Source: Antedon mediterranea | Lineage: Eukaryota > Animalia > Echinodermata | DNA length: 64,000 nucleotides | Direction: 5' to 3' | Assembly: GCF_964355755.1 (NCBI RefSeq) | Contig: NC_092676.1 | Coordinates: 19,486,871 to 19,550,870, forward strand | Shown: piece after piece, positions 11,704-25,800 of the stretch | Layout: each line of letters starts with the position of its first letter | Position numbering within the stretch: the first letter of the stretch is position 1 | The notes under the pieces: generated by a model | Database searches by the model: none | Told to the model about the DNA's origin: nothing | The model's input: the letters and a program-made list of their open reading frames with translations, nothing else | Made by a program: the position numbers and the translations under genes

Positions 11704-13130
11704 ATTCTCTTAGATCAGTGAATGGTTTATTGTTTGTTTACTCGTTCACTCATTAATTTGCTCATTTTCATGTGGTCAGTGCCCGGGTCAGTGGTATTAT
11801 CACTAAAATATTGTAAAAATTGGAAGGAATTTCTTCAATACAGTTTTTGTAGCTTTCAATTCCATTTCAATTACAGTATTTTATGCACACAAAAAAGGAA
11901 TTACAACAAATGATTAAATCTAACATTCAATCCACAAATGTTTTTTTAATGACAAAAATCATTTATATTTTGTCTCAAATCCTATAAGCATTTTAAAAAT
12001 CATAACAGTAATAAATGCAATGAAAGTTTTATTAGTTTCCACGTTCAAAGTATGCATTAATTCTTCGATTACATCTAACAAATAATTATATTTATCTAAT
12101 ACCCTCATCATTTATTTTATATTCATAACCTTCAGGCTATTTAAAGTATCGCAAATGAAAATACATTTCCAAAAAAAAACCGAGCTGTTGAAAACTAGGC
12201 TGGTGTGTTTAGATATCTATGCCTGTATGGTTAGTTTGGTGAATTTGGTGTGAACTAATAGATTTATCCTATTTAACTACACCTAACGAGCTATAGATTA
12301 TTATGAGGGTAATTAGTAGAGGCATTTATAAGTGTCTTAAGGATATCCCGGTCGTCTATGTTTATGATTGCGTTATGCTGGATAGTGTATATTGAAGTGA
12401 CAAGCCAATAGTGTGACCTGCTTTTTGTTGTAAAGTTGGCACAGATTGTACTTGTACACCAACACTAAAGAGCTGCGTGCCGCAATTTTTTTTATTTTAC
12501 TGGCCGGCCAATCAAGAAAAAATCAATGCAGACTGGGGTTTCCCCTTTATAACTCACACGACACATGGCACTGTGTCACGTCATAGTTCACACAGGATTT
12601 TACATTACATAGCGATCACTAGTATTGCATTGCTAATAGAACTTGTTCGTAACAATTTACACAATTCGGTAACATAAAAAACACCATCATCTCGACACTT
12701 AAAAAATTACCCATGGTTTGCGTAATGTTGATGTAACAACGATTAGATTGTGGACGATGATATGGTATAAGTTTCATTTTGATATATCCCTCGTCCAACC
12801 ACCATACTATTTATCATAAGCTATCCATAAACTTTAACAGCACTTTAATACTAAGGTCTCAAACTTGTTCCTACTGTTTACAATGCATTTATAAAGCAGA
12901 CTATTTGAACAAAATCTAGGTTTCTATGAAATAGCCTAGTGACAAACCATGTGGGATAAGTTTGTCAAATATTTTTTCTGGAGTGGAACACTTTGTCCAT
13001 TTTGTTGTTTGTACTAATTAGGTTTTTGTTTCTAAGTTTATCCAATAATGTATATTATCATCAATTATCAAATTTATTTTTGCACTACTTTCTATGTTAT
13101 TCTTTACTCCATGGTACTTATATTGATTTT

Positions 13131-15646
13131 CGTCGTCGTGGTCCTGTGAGTCATGACTGACCCTTTGTGCTCCTGCTTATGATGACATTCCACCCATCTC
13201 TATCCTGAGCATAGCGAGAAGCTGTGCACACATCCAATCCTGTGATCTCTCTAATACCATCAGTCCATCTTATCTTCTGTCTACCACGTTTTCGCTTGCC
13301 TTCTACATGACCTTGTGCAATTATCTTTTCCTGGTTGTCACCTTCTCTCCTGGCAATGTGACCAAAGTACTGAAGTTTGATCTTATCAACCTTCTGGCAT
13401 AGGTTGACTCTGCTTCCAATCTGGTTGTTAACAAATTCATTTGATTTATGCTCCTTCCACGATATCCTCAACAATCTCCTCCAACACCACATTTCAAAAG
13501 CTTTGATCTTCTTTCTATCTGCAGCTCCAAGAGCCCATGTCTCAGATCCATAAGTGGCAATCGGAAATACCAATGCATTCATGATATGAATCTTTCTGTT
13601 TCTTGAGATCCCTCTATCCTTCCAAATGTTGGTAAGACCTATTGTGGATGTTCTAGCCATAGCGAGACGACGTTTTATTTCTTCTGAGCTTCCTCCAGTG
13701 TCAACAATCAGGGAGCCAAGAAAGTTGAAAGTGTTGACTTCTATGTCCTTTCCATCTGCTTGAATGCGATGTTCATTCTTTCTTCCACTTATCATTACTT
13801 TCGTCTTCTTGACATTGAGGTAAAGACCATATTCCTCACTGGATTTCTTTACTCTTTCAATCAGATCTTGGAGTTCTGCCGCAGTTCTTGCAAGTAAGGT
13901 TGTGTCATCTGCATATCTCAAATTATTTAATTGCCGGCCACTGATAGATATCTGCCCCTCGTAGCCATCCATGGCAATCCGCATGATGTATTCTGCGTAG
14001 ACATTATCGTAAAACAGTCGCTATCTCCACACTCTGTTCTGACCGTGGCTTCCTGACCATCATATAAGAATTTTATCAAGACAATCAGATGTGTTGAGAA
14101 GCCCATTTTGCGCATTACTCTCCACAATTTCTGGTGTTGAACACAGTCAAAAGCCTTTGTGTAATCTATGAAGCAGAGGAAAAGTGGCTGCTGAAATTCC
14201 ATGGTCTTCTCCATCAAATTCCTCATGTTTCCAATCTGATTTCTCGTTCCTCTTCCTCTCCTAAATCCAGCTTGCTCTGGTGGTAATTCACTTTCTAGCT
14301 TATTCCTGATTCTATCTGCTATAATGTGGAGCAGGACTTTACTAGCATGAATGGTACGGTTGTTAGCACATTCCATTACATCCCCTTTCTTCGGTAATGG
14401 GAGAAACACTGCCTTTTTCCAGTCTTCGGGCCATTCTTTACTCTTCCAGATCTTGTTGCACAATCTATGGATGATAACAACACCTTCCTCTCCACTTTCC
14501 TTCAGCAATTCTGCCTGGATGTTATCTACTCCTGGTGCTTTACCATTTCTTCATTGCATTATCAACTTCACAGAGAAGAATATCTGGGTCATCTTCAAAA
14601 TCTTGCTGTTTTCTCTCCTGTGTATCATCATCTTTGGATGCATACAACTGTTCACAGTATTCCTTCCACCTTGTTTTGATTTCATCTTCTTCCGTCAAGA
14701 TGTTACATCTTTGTCCTTCAGAACATTGAGCCTGGTGCTAGGTTTTGAAGTCAGTAGCTTGATGTTTTTATACATGTCTTTGGTGTTGTTTGTAGCGCTG
14801 TCCTTCTCCACCTCGGCACATCTCTGTCTGATAAACTCTGTTTGATAAACTCTGTTTTGTCATTTCTGATTTGTTTCTGGATTTCTCTTGATAAATCCCG
14901 GTATTCTCTTCTCCTCTCTGCACTTTCCAGTCCTTTTTCTTTGACCTCTTTCCTCTGATCAGCCAGGGCAAATACCTTTTCTGTCAGCCAGGGTTTTCTT
15001 TTGTTCTTGCGTTTGGGGATCGTTTTCTGTGCTGTTTCTAAAGTTGTCTGCTTGATGTCTTGCCACAGCTCATCTGGGGTGGATTCTTCCGGGTCAAGTT
15101 CCATTAACTTCTGAAATTTGTTCTTCACTTCCACTCTATAAGTATCATCTAATTTGGTTGTATCAAATCTCACTGGTTTTCTTGGCTTCTTGATCCTTCT
15201 CAATTTCATCTTCATGGTAGAGACGAGAAGCTGGTGGTCTGATCCGCAGTCTTCTCCTGGATAGGTTTTGGCAGAAGTAAAATTAGATCTCCATCGCTTC
15301 TGGACCAGAATGTAGTCAATCTGATTCCTATAGCTTCCGTCTGGTGATAACCAGTATACAACCGCCTTGGGTGCTGCTTGAAGAGGGTGTTAAGGGTCAT
15401 TAGTCCATTTTCTTGGCAGAAGTCAATCAGCAGTTCTCCTCTCTCATTTTGCTCTCCTAGTCCGTAGTTGCCCATCACATTTTTGTTGGTGCACTGTCCT
15501 CTTACCTTGGCATTAAGGTCACCAATAATTACCAAGATGTCTCTCTTATTGATGTTTTCTATTGTCTGTTGCAGTAGCTCATAGAAGGTGTTAATTTCAT
15601 CTTCGGTGGATGAAGAAGTGGGTGCATAGGCTTGAATAATGGATTG
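13131..15646 (-). mobile_element. 5'-truncated RTE-clade (BovB-like) non-LTR retrotransposon
   Basis: APE endonuclease and RT motifs; very short 3' UTR ending in (ACG)3; 11-bp TSD ATATTGATTTT at 13120-13130 and 15647-15657. Confidence 0.95.
13151..15642 (-). pseudogene. Disrupted LINE ORF2 (endonuclease/reverse transcriptase)
   Basis: EN motifs: IQAYAPT, GDLNAKV, NERGELL, RNQIDYIL, GSDHQLL. RT motifs: PLPKKGD, EQAGFR, FIDYTKAFD, LRYADD, LNVKKTK, FLGS. RTE C-terminus: YGSETW, FEMWCWRRLL, YFGHIAR, KRGRQKIRW. Several frameshifts and loss of the QG motif. Confidence 0.95.
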
Positions 15647-17568
15647 ATATTGATTTTAATATTATTTTATTTGGGATCATGTCCATTTCTTGCTCAGTGG
15701 TAAATTATGTACTGTACTTTGTGTTATCTTGCCAAAAACATTTAATCACAACATTTGAAGCCAGATAAGGATAAACCAAAGATTTCAGTTACTATAGTGC
15801 CCATGACTGAGTTAACTCTGCTTCTTCCGATTTCTTTTCTTTTTAGCAGAAGACTGTTAATATCTTCTGAATACTAAAAACTGTATCTGAAACCAAACCT
15901 GTAAAAATTAAGAACAACATCAAATTAAATCTTGAACAATGTTGTTGATGCCACTATTGTGTTGTGAATTGTTTTTAGTTTTCGGTCTATGCATTTGATT
16001 CTATGTGACCTCTCTCTCTCTCCCATGTAGAAAAACTTGTTTATTTAAAGATATTCAAAGACCACGCAAAACATTTAGTCAGACAGAATTAATTTCATGT
16101 GACTCTGATTAAAATTAATGAGGTATAAATTCTTTTACTCCTTGGAGATTTTAAAGGAAGATAGTTGAGCAAGCAAGTTGCCTTACGGGACTTGATTTAA
16201 TTAAATTATGTATATATTGAATAGAAAATACAGTAATAGTAATATGTGGGTTAAAGTATAGTAAGGTAGACCCTGTCATGATTTCATTGAGCACTTTTCT
16301 CAATGTTTCAATCTGCTATTCCCATACCAGGACAGGAAAAGCATATTAGTTAAATTATAGAAAAAACATTTAAACTTCATGGATTCATTAAGATATTTAT
16401 TTATTTCATTTATTTTCAAATTATTTTTTTGCAGAAAATATAAAAGATAGCATATGAAAGTTCTTTTTACAGTATAACATTTTCAGCTCATACTTTTTTA
16501 TCCTGCATTTCAAGAATATAATCAATTTCTCTGCAGTTAAAAAAGGAAAACCAGTCCCCTGCATTTCCACGGTTTTAAGTAATTTGTAGCTGTATACCTA
16601 GCTATTTTTAGTTTTAGTCACTCACAATGTGTCGCAACAGTCATCATATCAGCCTCACTAAAATTATTGCAACAACATACACATTTTTGCAAAAAGCTGC
16701 CAGACAATGAATAAAACTTTACCGTGAAATATAACTAATATTAAACAGCATGTGGTATGAAATTAACCGATCAATTGGCATGGATACACTCAGGTTTGTT
16801 CTAATACTTTCTACTCTTACGATTTTCTATCTCTTTCCGATAGATAATTCAGGGTGACACAAACAGATGAGCAATTGCAAACCGAAATAGCTTTATGGTG
16901 AAAAAATAAAGCAAAATCTAGATTTTCTTGTAATAAAACAAGATGGATTACAAAGTGTGGTATGATAAATTGATAAAGATAAATAGTTTGTTTAAAGATG
17001 AACAGATTCACAGGTTGTCCTAGTTTTTTAAAAATAAACGTAGCCATGCTTAATTTGATTTTCTTTATATTGATTATAATCGATAAACTTCTATTAAATA
17101 AATATGTAGTTCAGGTATTTTTCTTAGTATAATACAGCAATTTAGTATGCAAATCACAATATTAATTGATGGATCGTCGTTGTATTAAGTAATTGAAATT
17201 GATAATAATCACAAATGAAATATGATATTACTAAAAACTGTTGTGAAGATTTAAACTCATCTGTTTTTTTTTAAATTATGATTTATGAAGTTTTGATGTT
17301 ATGTATGCAGTGCCTGCAAACATATAGAAATCTCTGGTTCAAATCGTCATATAGTGTTATTCGGTTGCCTTGAATTTTGAATTGGTACCAGCATTGCTAG
17401 GAGTATTACTGTGTTTGGTTTGGTTAAGTCCCTTGATTTACAGAGTGTTCAATTGATGCTGAAGCCTCACAATGCACTTTGAATTAAAAATCCTAGAAAA
17501 TTCTAATCAAATTAGTGGATCAGAGTAAGGGGTTATATAATGTATATAAATGAAGTGTTGAACTTTAA

Positions 17569-17860
17569 AGATATATGTCTTCCAAAATCATAAAGATGGT
17601 TAATAAAAAGTTTTAGTAAAGTTAATCACTTCTGTAGAAAAAAAACTAAAACTTATAAAAAGACAAAATAAACGATTCAAAATTCAACCAAAAACCCATT
17701 GACTTCCATTCAATTTGACTATTTTTGCGTCAAATTGCAGTTTTTTTCAGGTTTTTTTCGATCCAATATACGGAAAAGAAATATAAATAATTATTAAGCG
17801 ACATTAAAATGACATTCAACAAAAACATTTTATTTACTATTAGGGAGGTATGATATATCT
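17569..17860. mobile_element. ~290-bp TTAA-flanked MITE (Kolobok-like), copy 1 of 3
   Basis: TTAA|AGATATAT...ATATATCT|TTAA; shares AAATTCAACCAAAAACCCATTG and GACATTAAAAT.ACATT with the copies at 37024 and 40707. Confidence 0.75.
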
Positions 17861-20800
17861 TTAATGTTTTGTATTGTATTTGTGCAAATTTTATTTTAGG
17901 GTGTAAAAAGCAGATGAAATTATTTACATATTCAGTTTGTCCAATTTTTAAAATATAGTATGTTTTCATTTATTTCTATTTCAAACTTTCAAAAAAACAA
18001 ATTCAAGCGTGAACACCAAAGATTAAAATTACACATTACTTGAAACTGCCTATACCCATTCCCAAAAGATTAAATTCAAACGTGAATATATACATTTGTG
18101 CATGTACAACAAAAAATAAAACGCTACTGATAACGCTAATCATTTGTGCTAATTTTTACAAGCTGACATTTTGGACATAAGGAAATATTCTGTCTGTAGA
18201 TATAGGCTGTATTTATAGCTATTTGCTTCCTCTATTTGTTATTCATAACTGCTCCCAGAAGCAAGCCTTACAACATTGATATTGATTAATATATCAGTTA
18301 TTCCTTATTTCAAACTAGAAGGAGTTCGATGATCTGACCTCCATCTTTAATGCACAATTCATTCATAATAATTTCTTCAAAGCCGCACGGATTAATTCTC
18401 TATGTAATTCATTTATTAATTCATATATTCATCAAACGAAACCATCAACTGAATGTTTTCCGACTTCAAAACAGATGGGTATGACCGACTTCAGGGTTGT
18501 CCATAAAATTTCTGGTAATGATTAATTCGTGTTTGTCATATGGCTTTCACAAGGACATACGAAGTAGAATTTTCAAAGCTTTTGGGTAGTAGTAGCATTA
18601 CGAAATATAGGTTTTCATGGACATGTAAAACTGGGTTCATGTTAAAAGTTTATCATGATCGTTTTAATCATAACTTTTTTATGTATTCATTTATCATTAT
18701 TTTCCAGATTCTTCTTTAGAACTTTTCTATCAATATACAGTATCTGTTCAAATAAACTGCTACATAAAATAAGGTTTTTTCAAGCACCATGTTTTAAAGG
18801 TTTGCATGGCGAATAAACTCAAATAAAGATTGAAAATGTGTCACAGACAGATCTACTACTGTACTGTATGTGATCAAATAAAATAATTTCAAAAACAAAT
18901 GCTTGTTAATATTTCAAACTTATCTGTCATTTTACACTAGTCTGGTCACCATAATTTCACTGCGACTATTTGAATCATGTCTCGGTCGCAAGAAATTATT
19001 GAACGCACTATTAATGCTATGTATCTTTCAGTGAGTACAATTGCCTCTTCAATGTGAAACTCGCCACACTTAAGAGCAGGAAACTTTTCTCTTTTGTGCT
19101 ATTGTGTGAATTTATCCGAAAATAAAACTTTAATTTACAGAAACTGGAGTGGATCTATCAGTATTGTGGTTTAAACAAATTTTAAATTTTGCTTTGCAAC
19201 TTGGTGCCACTATACCTTTTTGAAGGGTGGCAAGATCCATGTTTTAATGAACTTTTTTGTTTGCCTTTTGTTAGATACACCCACCTTTATTTCTATTTCA
19301 GTACAGTTAAAAAGAGCAAATATCATTGTAAACATACTGTTTCTTTGCAACCGAAAATGTTGTTTTTATTTCTTTTATATTAAGTTTCATTCTTACAATA
19401 AAATGAAAATAACTATGTACATCGTCAATTATTATATAGTATACATAGAAGATAGTAATAGGAAATGCAAAGCATATTAACATTTTAACCAATGTCGATC
19501 TATTGTCATGAATTTTTTAAAAACGAATTAAATAAACTTTTTTTATTCTTCTTTTGCATCCTTTATTTTTTATCTAAACTTACCAAAAGTTTATTACTTA
19601 AGTCAGTATCTTATTTTATAATGTACTACACAACCTCTTTTGCTTTTAAGTTCTGTAACATTTACCTCCCTACATTTATTTTTCTCTACCCTGGGAATTG
19701 AGTAAACTGTTCACTACCCTGGGAATTCTTGTAATATTTCACTACCCTTGGAATTAATCTCCCACACATACTTCCTGCTTCCAAAGACATTTTCCCACGT
19801 CGTTGTAATATTTAATGCTTTGCTATATTTTCCTGTATACAATGCTTTTTTCACTATAATTTTTCCAATTTATTTTATTAATTGGACATTAAACTAACTT
19901 CCTATTCACTTATTACTTTTTTCTCTAGAGTAAACACCTACTTCTAATACAGACATTGTGTTACGGTTAGCTATAATTTTCTGTGTAAAGATGACAATAA
20001 AACGGTTAATCGTACGGTACAATTTTACTTTGAAAGTTATCAATTTAAAGCTTCATACAGATCAAAGTTATTATACTACTAGTACTATAACTATTAATTA
20101 TAAATGGAAATAAAGAACAAGCCTATTCAGGGGTCAGTTTTTTGTATTAAAAGCAAGGGTCAATATATGTTTTAACACATGGCCAATCCCAATTTAGTGG
20201 ACAGCCCAAGGGAACACTTTGTTGGGTCCTGAAGGTGTCTCCTGTATAAGAATAAGGTAAACATATTGGAAAATCATGTTTATTTTTCTCATTTCATTTC
20301 AAGTTTGAGTGCATATAAAATTTAGTTGCAAAAATCCTGAACTCTCTTTGATTTCTTTTTTGTATTTATGCTGCTCAAGGCATTTGGCCTTAATTAATAG
20401 TTGCCTGGTTACTTTTACTAGAGTAAAGTTTTTTGTGGAAGTAACCATAAAAGTTTATAGCATTTATTATTTTGTTGTTATATCTCACAAAAATGAATAT
20501 AATTTTTTTTCCATTAACAATTCTTTTGATAAACTTTTTTTCAATTATCTCTTTAATATGAATAAAATAATTTGAAATGGAAATAGACAATAAAAGTAAA
20601 CATTATACTAATCAGTGCCTATAGTGAACTAGATATGTTGTATGAAGTACGGAAAAAATATTCATTTAAACCATTTGTCGTGAGGGTAAGAGAAGAAGAG
20701 ATTGTCGTCGTCAGTGGCAACATCTAGCAGACTATTAAAAGCTTCCGCATTCATTACAACAAGTAGACAGTCAGTCTACTGATTTCTATCAAAAATGTAT

Positions 20801-21166
20801 AAACGCTAATATGTTTATTGAAACAAAACTAGATTCGGCTGATTAATTTTTATGCAAACGTACACTTTTATGCCCCGGTAATGATACAGTCTGCAGAAGA
20901 GACAAATTATCTGATACCGTGTTCTGCGTAATCGCTTTTGTGTGCCTTTTTATCTTTTAATCTATCGATTGGATTTTCAATAAATGGATTTGCTAATTTT
21001 CTTTGAATAAATCACAATTGATTTTGAGGTTATTCAATGGTCGACGTCTTGTAATTTTGGAGTAAACTCATAAAATAATGATATAATAAAAATATTGTAT
21101 AGTCATTGTATTGTGTAATAAAATGAATAGATGATTACGTAGGATATGCGGCATGTATATTTTTGA

Positions 21167-22310
21167 TATAAATATACGTAATAAAAAATTTCAATATTTT
21201 TGTACCATTATTATAAAAATTGTTTTGTTCTTTTACATTATAACTCAATAAAGAATTTATGATTAAATTAAAAAGGACAGAAAATAGTTGCTGTATAATT
21301 TCACTTTGTATGTAAGTGGATTTTATTCAGCAAGTAAGATTTATTTATTTTTAATATAAATATATGTAATAAAAAATATCAATATTGTTGTATCATAATA
21401 TGGTGGAATAGTTTTATTCTTTTACATTATAACTCAATAAATAATTTTGGATTAAATTAAAAAGGAAAAAAAAAACTGTTACTTTATAATGTAATTTTGT
21501 ATGTATTAAGTGGATTTTAAAGGCCAGGTGCGGGCAAAAAATTTCTATTGATCATACATTCCAATAATTATCGATCTATAGTTTCCCCTATGTTTCATAA
21601 TTTTTGGGATTTTATTTGTGTTACACGAGCTTGTTGAAAATAAGCACTTTCTTATCAGTGGGGGGATAGTTCAAATTACACAGTAAAATCTCTATTCTTT
21701 TGTACACAAATTTTGTAAATAGAGAGGCATTTTAAAAAGCTATGAAAAATAAACAGTGTGGTAAAAAATATTATCAGATGACTAAATATAGGTAATATAA
21801 CTAGACTATTACATTTCTGATATTTTTATTCAACTTCAGATTTTTATTTTCATGCTATAGCAAAAATTATCCACTGTATATCCACCATCTTTTTTCACCT
21901 TCTAGGGAGTCACCAGACATGTTATTACATTAGGTTAACAACCTAACTACTGAAAAAAAGTCTTTCTGGTTTTTATGGAAGAATTTTGCCAAATTTTGTA
22001 TTTGACCATATTAAGGGAAATTCATGTTTTTTCGTCTTGATTTCTGTTACAAATATTTGATTTATGTACAATTAACCAAATATTATATTTAAAATTCATG
22101 CCTGTACCTGAGCTTTAATGAGCAAATAAGATTTGTTAGTGTATATTGTTAATGTAAATATACCTAATACTAGAAATATCAATATTTTTGTTAATAATTA
22201 TAGAATTGTTTTTTTAAATTATTACATGTTTTAAATTAGAAGAAATGACAGAAAAACAGGTACTGTATGTTTCATTTTTGTAAAGTGGATTTTATGGAGC
22301 AAATAATTTT
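21167..22310. repeat. Old degenerate tandem repeat (~187-bp unit, 3 copies) interrupted by a transposon
   Basis: TTCTTTTACATTATAACTCAATAAA occurs twice; AAGTGGATTTTA...AGCAA occurs at ~21314, 21508/22119 and 22283. Confidence 0.75.
21521..22114 (+). mobile_element. ~590-bp TTAA-flanked non-autonomous DNA transposon (Kolobok-like), copy 1 of 2
   Basis: TTAA on both sides; imperfect TIR AGGCCAGGTGCGGGCA / AGCTCAGGTACAGGCA (12/16); both ends are shared with 59083-59662; the empty site can be rebuilt from the host repeat. Confidence 0.85.
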
Positions 22311-22339
22311 TTTTTAGACATGAAACAGCTTTTTTTTAA

Positions 22340-22870
22340 TATTTTATTTTATTCAATTTCCAGGTAACATACAAAAATCATAAACAAGGTACGGCATCAT
22401 TCAATAAAACAGAAAAGTACTATCACCACCTGCGGGTAACCAAAAGTGGATCAGTTCAAAAGAACTGCACTGTCGAGTGGCTTTCCCAACTAATAGTACG
22501 AAAAACGCAATAGACATAAAAACACAGAGATAGTCTATGGAAGAAAGATATTGGATACAATCTACCAATAATTAGCATAGGCCTATTAGAGGCTATAAGG
22601 GCTCACTCTGGCTAAACCCAGTGGGCCCGAACTCAATAGGTCCCAGAGAAGGGCCCAGAACAATTCAACTGCACATTTGATACTGTGATGTCGCCTGGCG
22701 GGGCAACCTTTTGTTTTAGCGCAATTTAAGCAATAAGTCAGAATTAAAAATATAAACCTTAAAAACAGGCATTAAAATATGTTAAAAAGGGCTAAAAACG
22801 AAAAAGGGCTAAAAGTTGTTGATGACTTAGCCCTTCATTACCCTCTGTGTTGGAGGACTCTATATCTGGA
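22340..22870 (-). mobile_element. Possible 3' UTR remnant of a CR1/L2-type LINE
   Basis: GC-richer block ending on the minus strand in GAATAAAATAAAATA; no coding motif recognised. Confidence 0.3.
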
Positions 22871-25800
22871 GTGATAAAGTTTCTAAAAGATAAATATACT
22901 GTATGATCTAATGTATGTAAAAATCTTTCTGATATATAGTAAAATGTAAAACAATTATTTACAAAAATGTAATTATATACTTAAAGGTATACTTACTAAA
23001 GGTTATTTATCATGGGTGGTTTTTTTCTTCTGACAAATTATCCGCAGGGATGGATCAATGAACATAACGATGTAGTCACAATGTCTAAGTCATAATGAAA
23101 CTTGAAGCCATTACACAAATACCAAGATCTTTTAATTGAACATACTGTATCAAAAAAGATATCATTGTGGATTGAAGATAACCCCTAGAGGAGTTGAACC
23201 ATAGTGTTGTAATATTCTGGTGTTACAAAAAGAAGACTTTGTAAGACATTCATAAATTAATTATCTTTAAAATGAGAATCATTCATTGCTCAGCCTACGA
23301 TTTAGTGGAGTAATGTTTATATAGGTCGAATCAATGTTAAAGGGACTTTTTGGTTATTGAACGCAAACCTTACTTTTAACAACTTTCTATTCATTTACGT
23401 GGCAGCTCAAAGTTGAGCAAAAGTTGTTGTTAACATACTTGTTTGGTTTGACGCAATGCATGTATCATGCATGCAATACTAAAAACAAATCAAGGAAGGC
23501 CTGTAGGCTAGGCATAGGCGTGGACCTTTTTTAACATGAATTTTTGTTGTGAAACCTCTAAGCACTATATTATTGCTCCAGTCATATTTGGATTAAACAC
23601 GTGTAGAAACATACTCCCATTCAGGGCCGTAGCCACCAGTACGGTTGGTAAGCTGACTAACTCAACTACTTTTCACAGAGCCTTTGATAACCCAGTAGCT
23701 TAAACAGAGATGGTTCCCTTTTCTTGCGAAAACTGCACCACTTTATTTCTTGTGGCTGCATCACTGATAATGCATAATAATCGGTGATACAGTATCATTT
23801 TGCAATGAGCCATTATTTTTATCATTTACCTTAGAAAAAAACTTTAATTTACCATTTTATATAATTCTTTCGGTATGCATCGGGTAACATTTTTCTTTGA
23901 TGCTATTTTGTAGAAATAAGGTTCTATTATGCTGATCTTAGTTTGGAGCACACAATTATACCTTAACTAACATTTTAATTTGGTATTATATTCTTTAGAT
24001 TACAAGCTCTGAGGCTCTTTAATCTAGTTATTAGGCATTCTCTATACATCGTTCACGATAATCACAACGCTTGCTTCAATTCATTTTACCAGGTTTATAG
24101 TCTCTAGCCCTAGTTCATCTAATTTGAAACGAATCCCCTTAAGTGTGATTATTATGTAAATAATAATGGTGTGAAAGGCGATGTTGCCCTTGAGTCTTGT
24201 ATTGGGGCGTCTACAATTAAACTACATTGAAACCGTCCCATTTTAATTGATTACCTGAAAAATGTAGCTTAGGGTATATTAAAATCTTTGCTTCTTTTTT
24301 TTTTAAAGAATGGAAAGTTCTGAATAGAAAATCGTGTAATTTATTGTATTTTGTTTGCGTATACTATTGTCGTACGTTATTGTTTACAATACCATTTTAT
24401 AATGTACTGTAATTCCATTTATTTTTGTCAGTCATATTGTTTTTTCTTTCTACGTATTCAAAATAAATGGAACTTATATTTTATCAACAAGTCAGGTCAG
24501 ATTTATCAATGTGTATAATAGCAACAAAAAAGTTTTAAATTAACGGTTTTGCTTAAGTCATTTGTCAAAATATACTAAATCTTGATGACTTGATGACAAA
24601 GTTCATTCAAAAGATAAAAAGAACTTGTTTGAACTCCTCATTTTTTTCACTTAAGCAAAAAGATAGCCTGGGTGTTTTTGTGACGGAAAGAATTCCTAAT
24701 TCCTTCAAAGAAAATTGAAATTTTTACATATTTTTATTTTTTACATTATTAACTTATTTGATCATATTTGGATAATTTTTTATAATTGCTACTCCTTGAT
24801 ATTTTTAGGTCTTAGAAGTAATAAATAGTTTTTTAATCAATCTATGGTACTTATGCTTACGACCTTTCTTCTTCACCAAATGACATTCCCTCTAGGCCTC
24901 AAAATATCAAATAAACATACATTGTTACCATTCGTCTTCTTAGTTTACCGCGTTCTAAAAACAAACGCAAATAAGTCAACTCTTATTGAACTCATTAATT
25001 TGATAGAGATAGTTAGCACGTGGATTGACTTGTTATTACGAAGGTTTCCTCAGGCTTCTCTGGTCCTCTTAGATGTCACATATTAGAAAATGAAGCTTTC
25101 ATTATTCATTATCTATTATGATAACTGATACTTCTTAAATTTAACTTAACCAAATTCTCTGTTTCTTAACATGTAGTGTCATAGATTTCATTCAATATTC
25201 AGATTGCTAGACCTATTTGCACAAGTTTCTTGAAATTAGCAATCTATAGCAGTATATTCCATTCGTTGTCACTATCGCTACAAAGTTTGTCAGGGATTAA
25301 AGATGTATACTTAAACTTTAACATATTGAATTGTTGGAGGGCCCATATAAAATTAAATGTACATATCATGTATATGATGTATTTTTTCTTATAATGGAGG
25401 ACTAATTTCTAAATATGATTCTATCAAACTCCATGATATATCCAATTTTGATTACAACTTGGTAATAGTATGAAAACCACAATAATGCAATTTGAAAAAT
25501 GTTTGAACATTCACATTGTTTCTCTACTCATCAAATTATTGTAACAAAATAACTTGTATACCTGTATCATCATTATGTGAATTTTAAAGAAAAAAGAATT
25601 GTTTGGAGGAAAACAACTTAAAATTGCATGGTATCAAGCTCAATTAGACTATGGTGAATTAGCTTTTGTCTAGCAGAATCAAATTGATTTAAGATTAAAT
25701 TAATTTGATTTAATAGAAAATATGATAGATTGGTTGGGTAATTGAGTGATCAGATAATCATTGACTAAGCTATCTAATTAGAATGAATCCTTGAACCTTC

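Noticed and set aside
14351-14845. 164-aa plus-strand ORF
   Set aside because: Antisense shadow of the RTE ORF2.
23622-23766. Intact hAT MITE (CAGGGCCGTAGCCA ... TGGCTGCATCACTG)
   Set aside because: TIRs are degenerate and the flanks show no 8-bp TSD; at most an old remnant. The same applies to similar ends at 27708 and 31277-31463.
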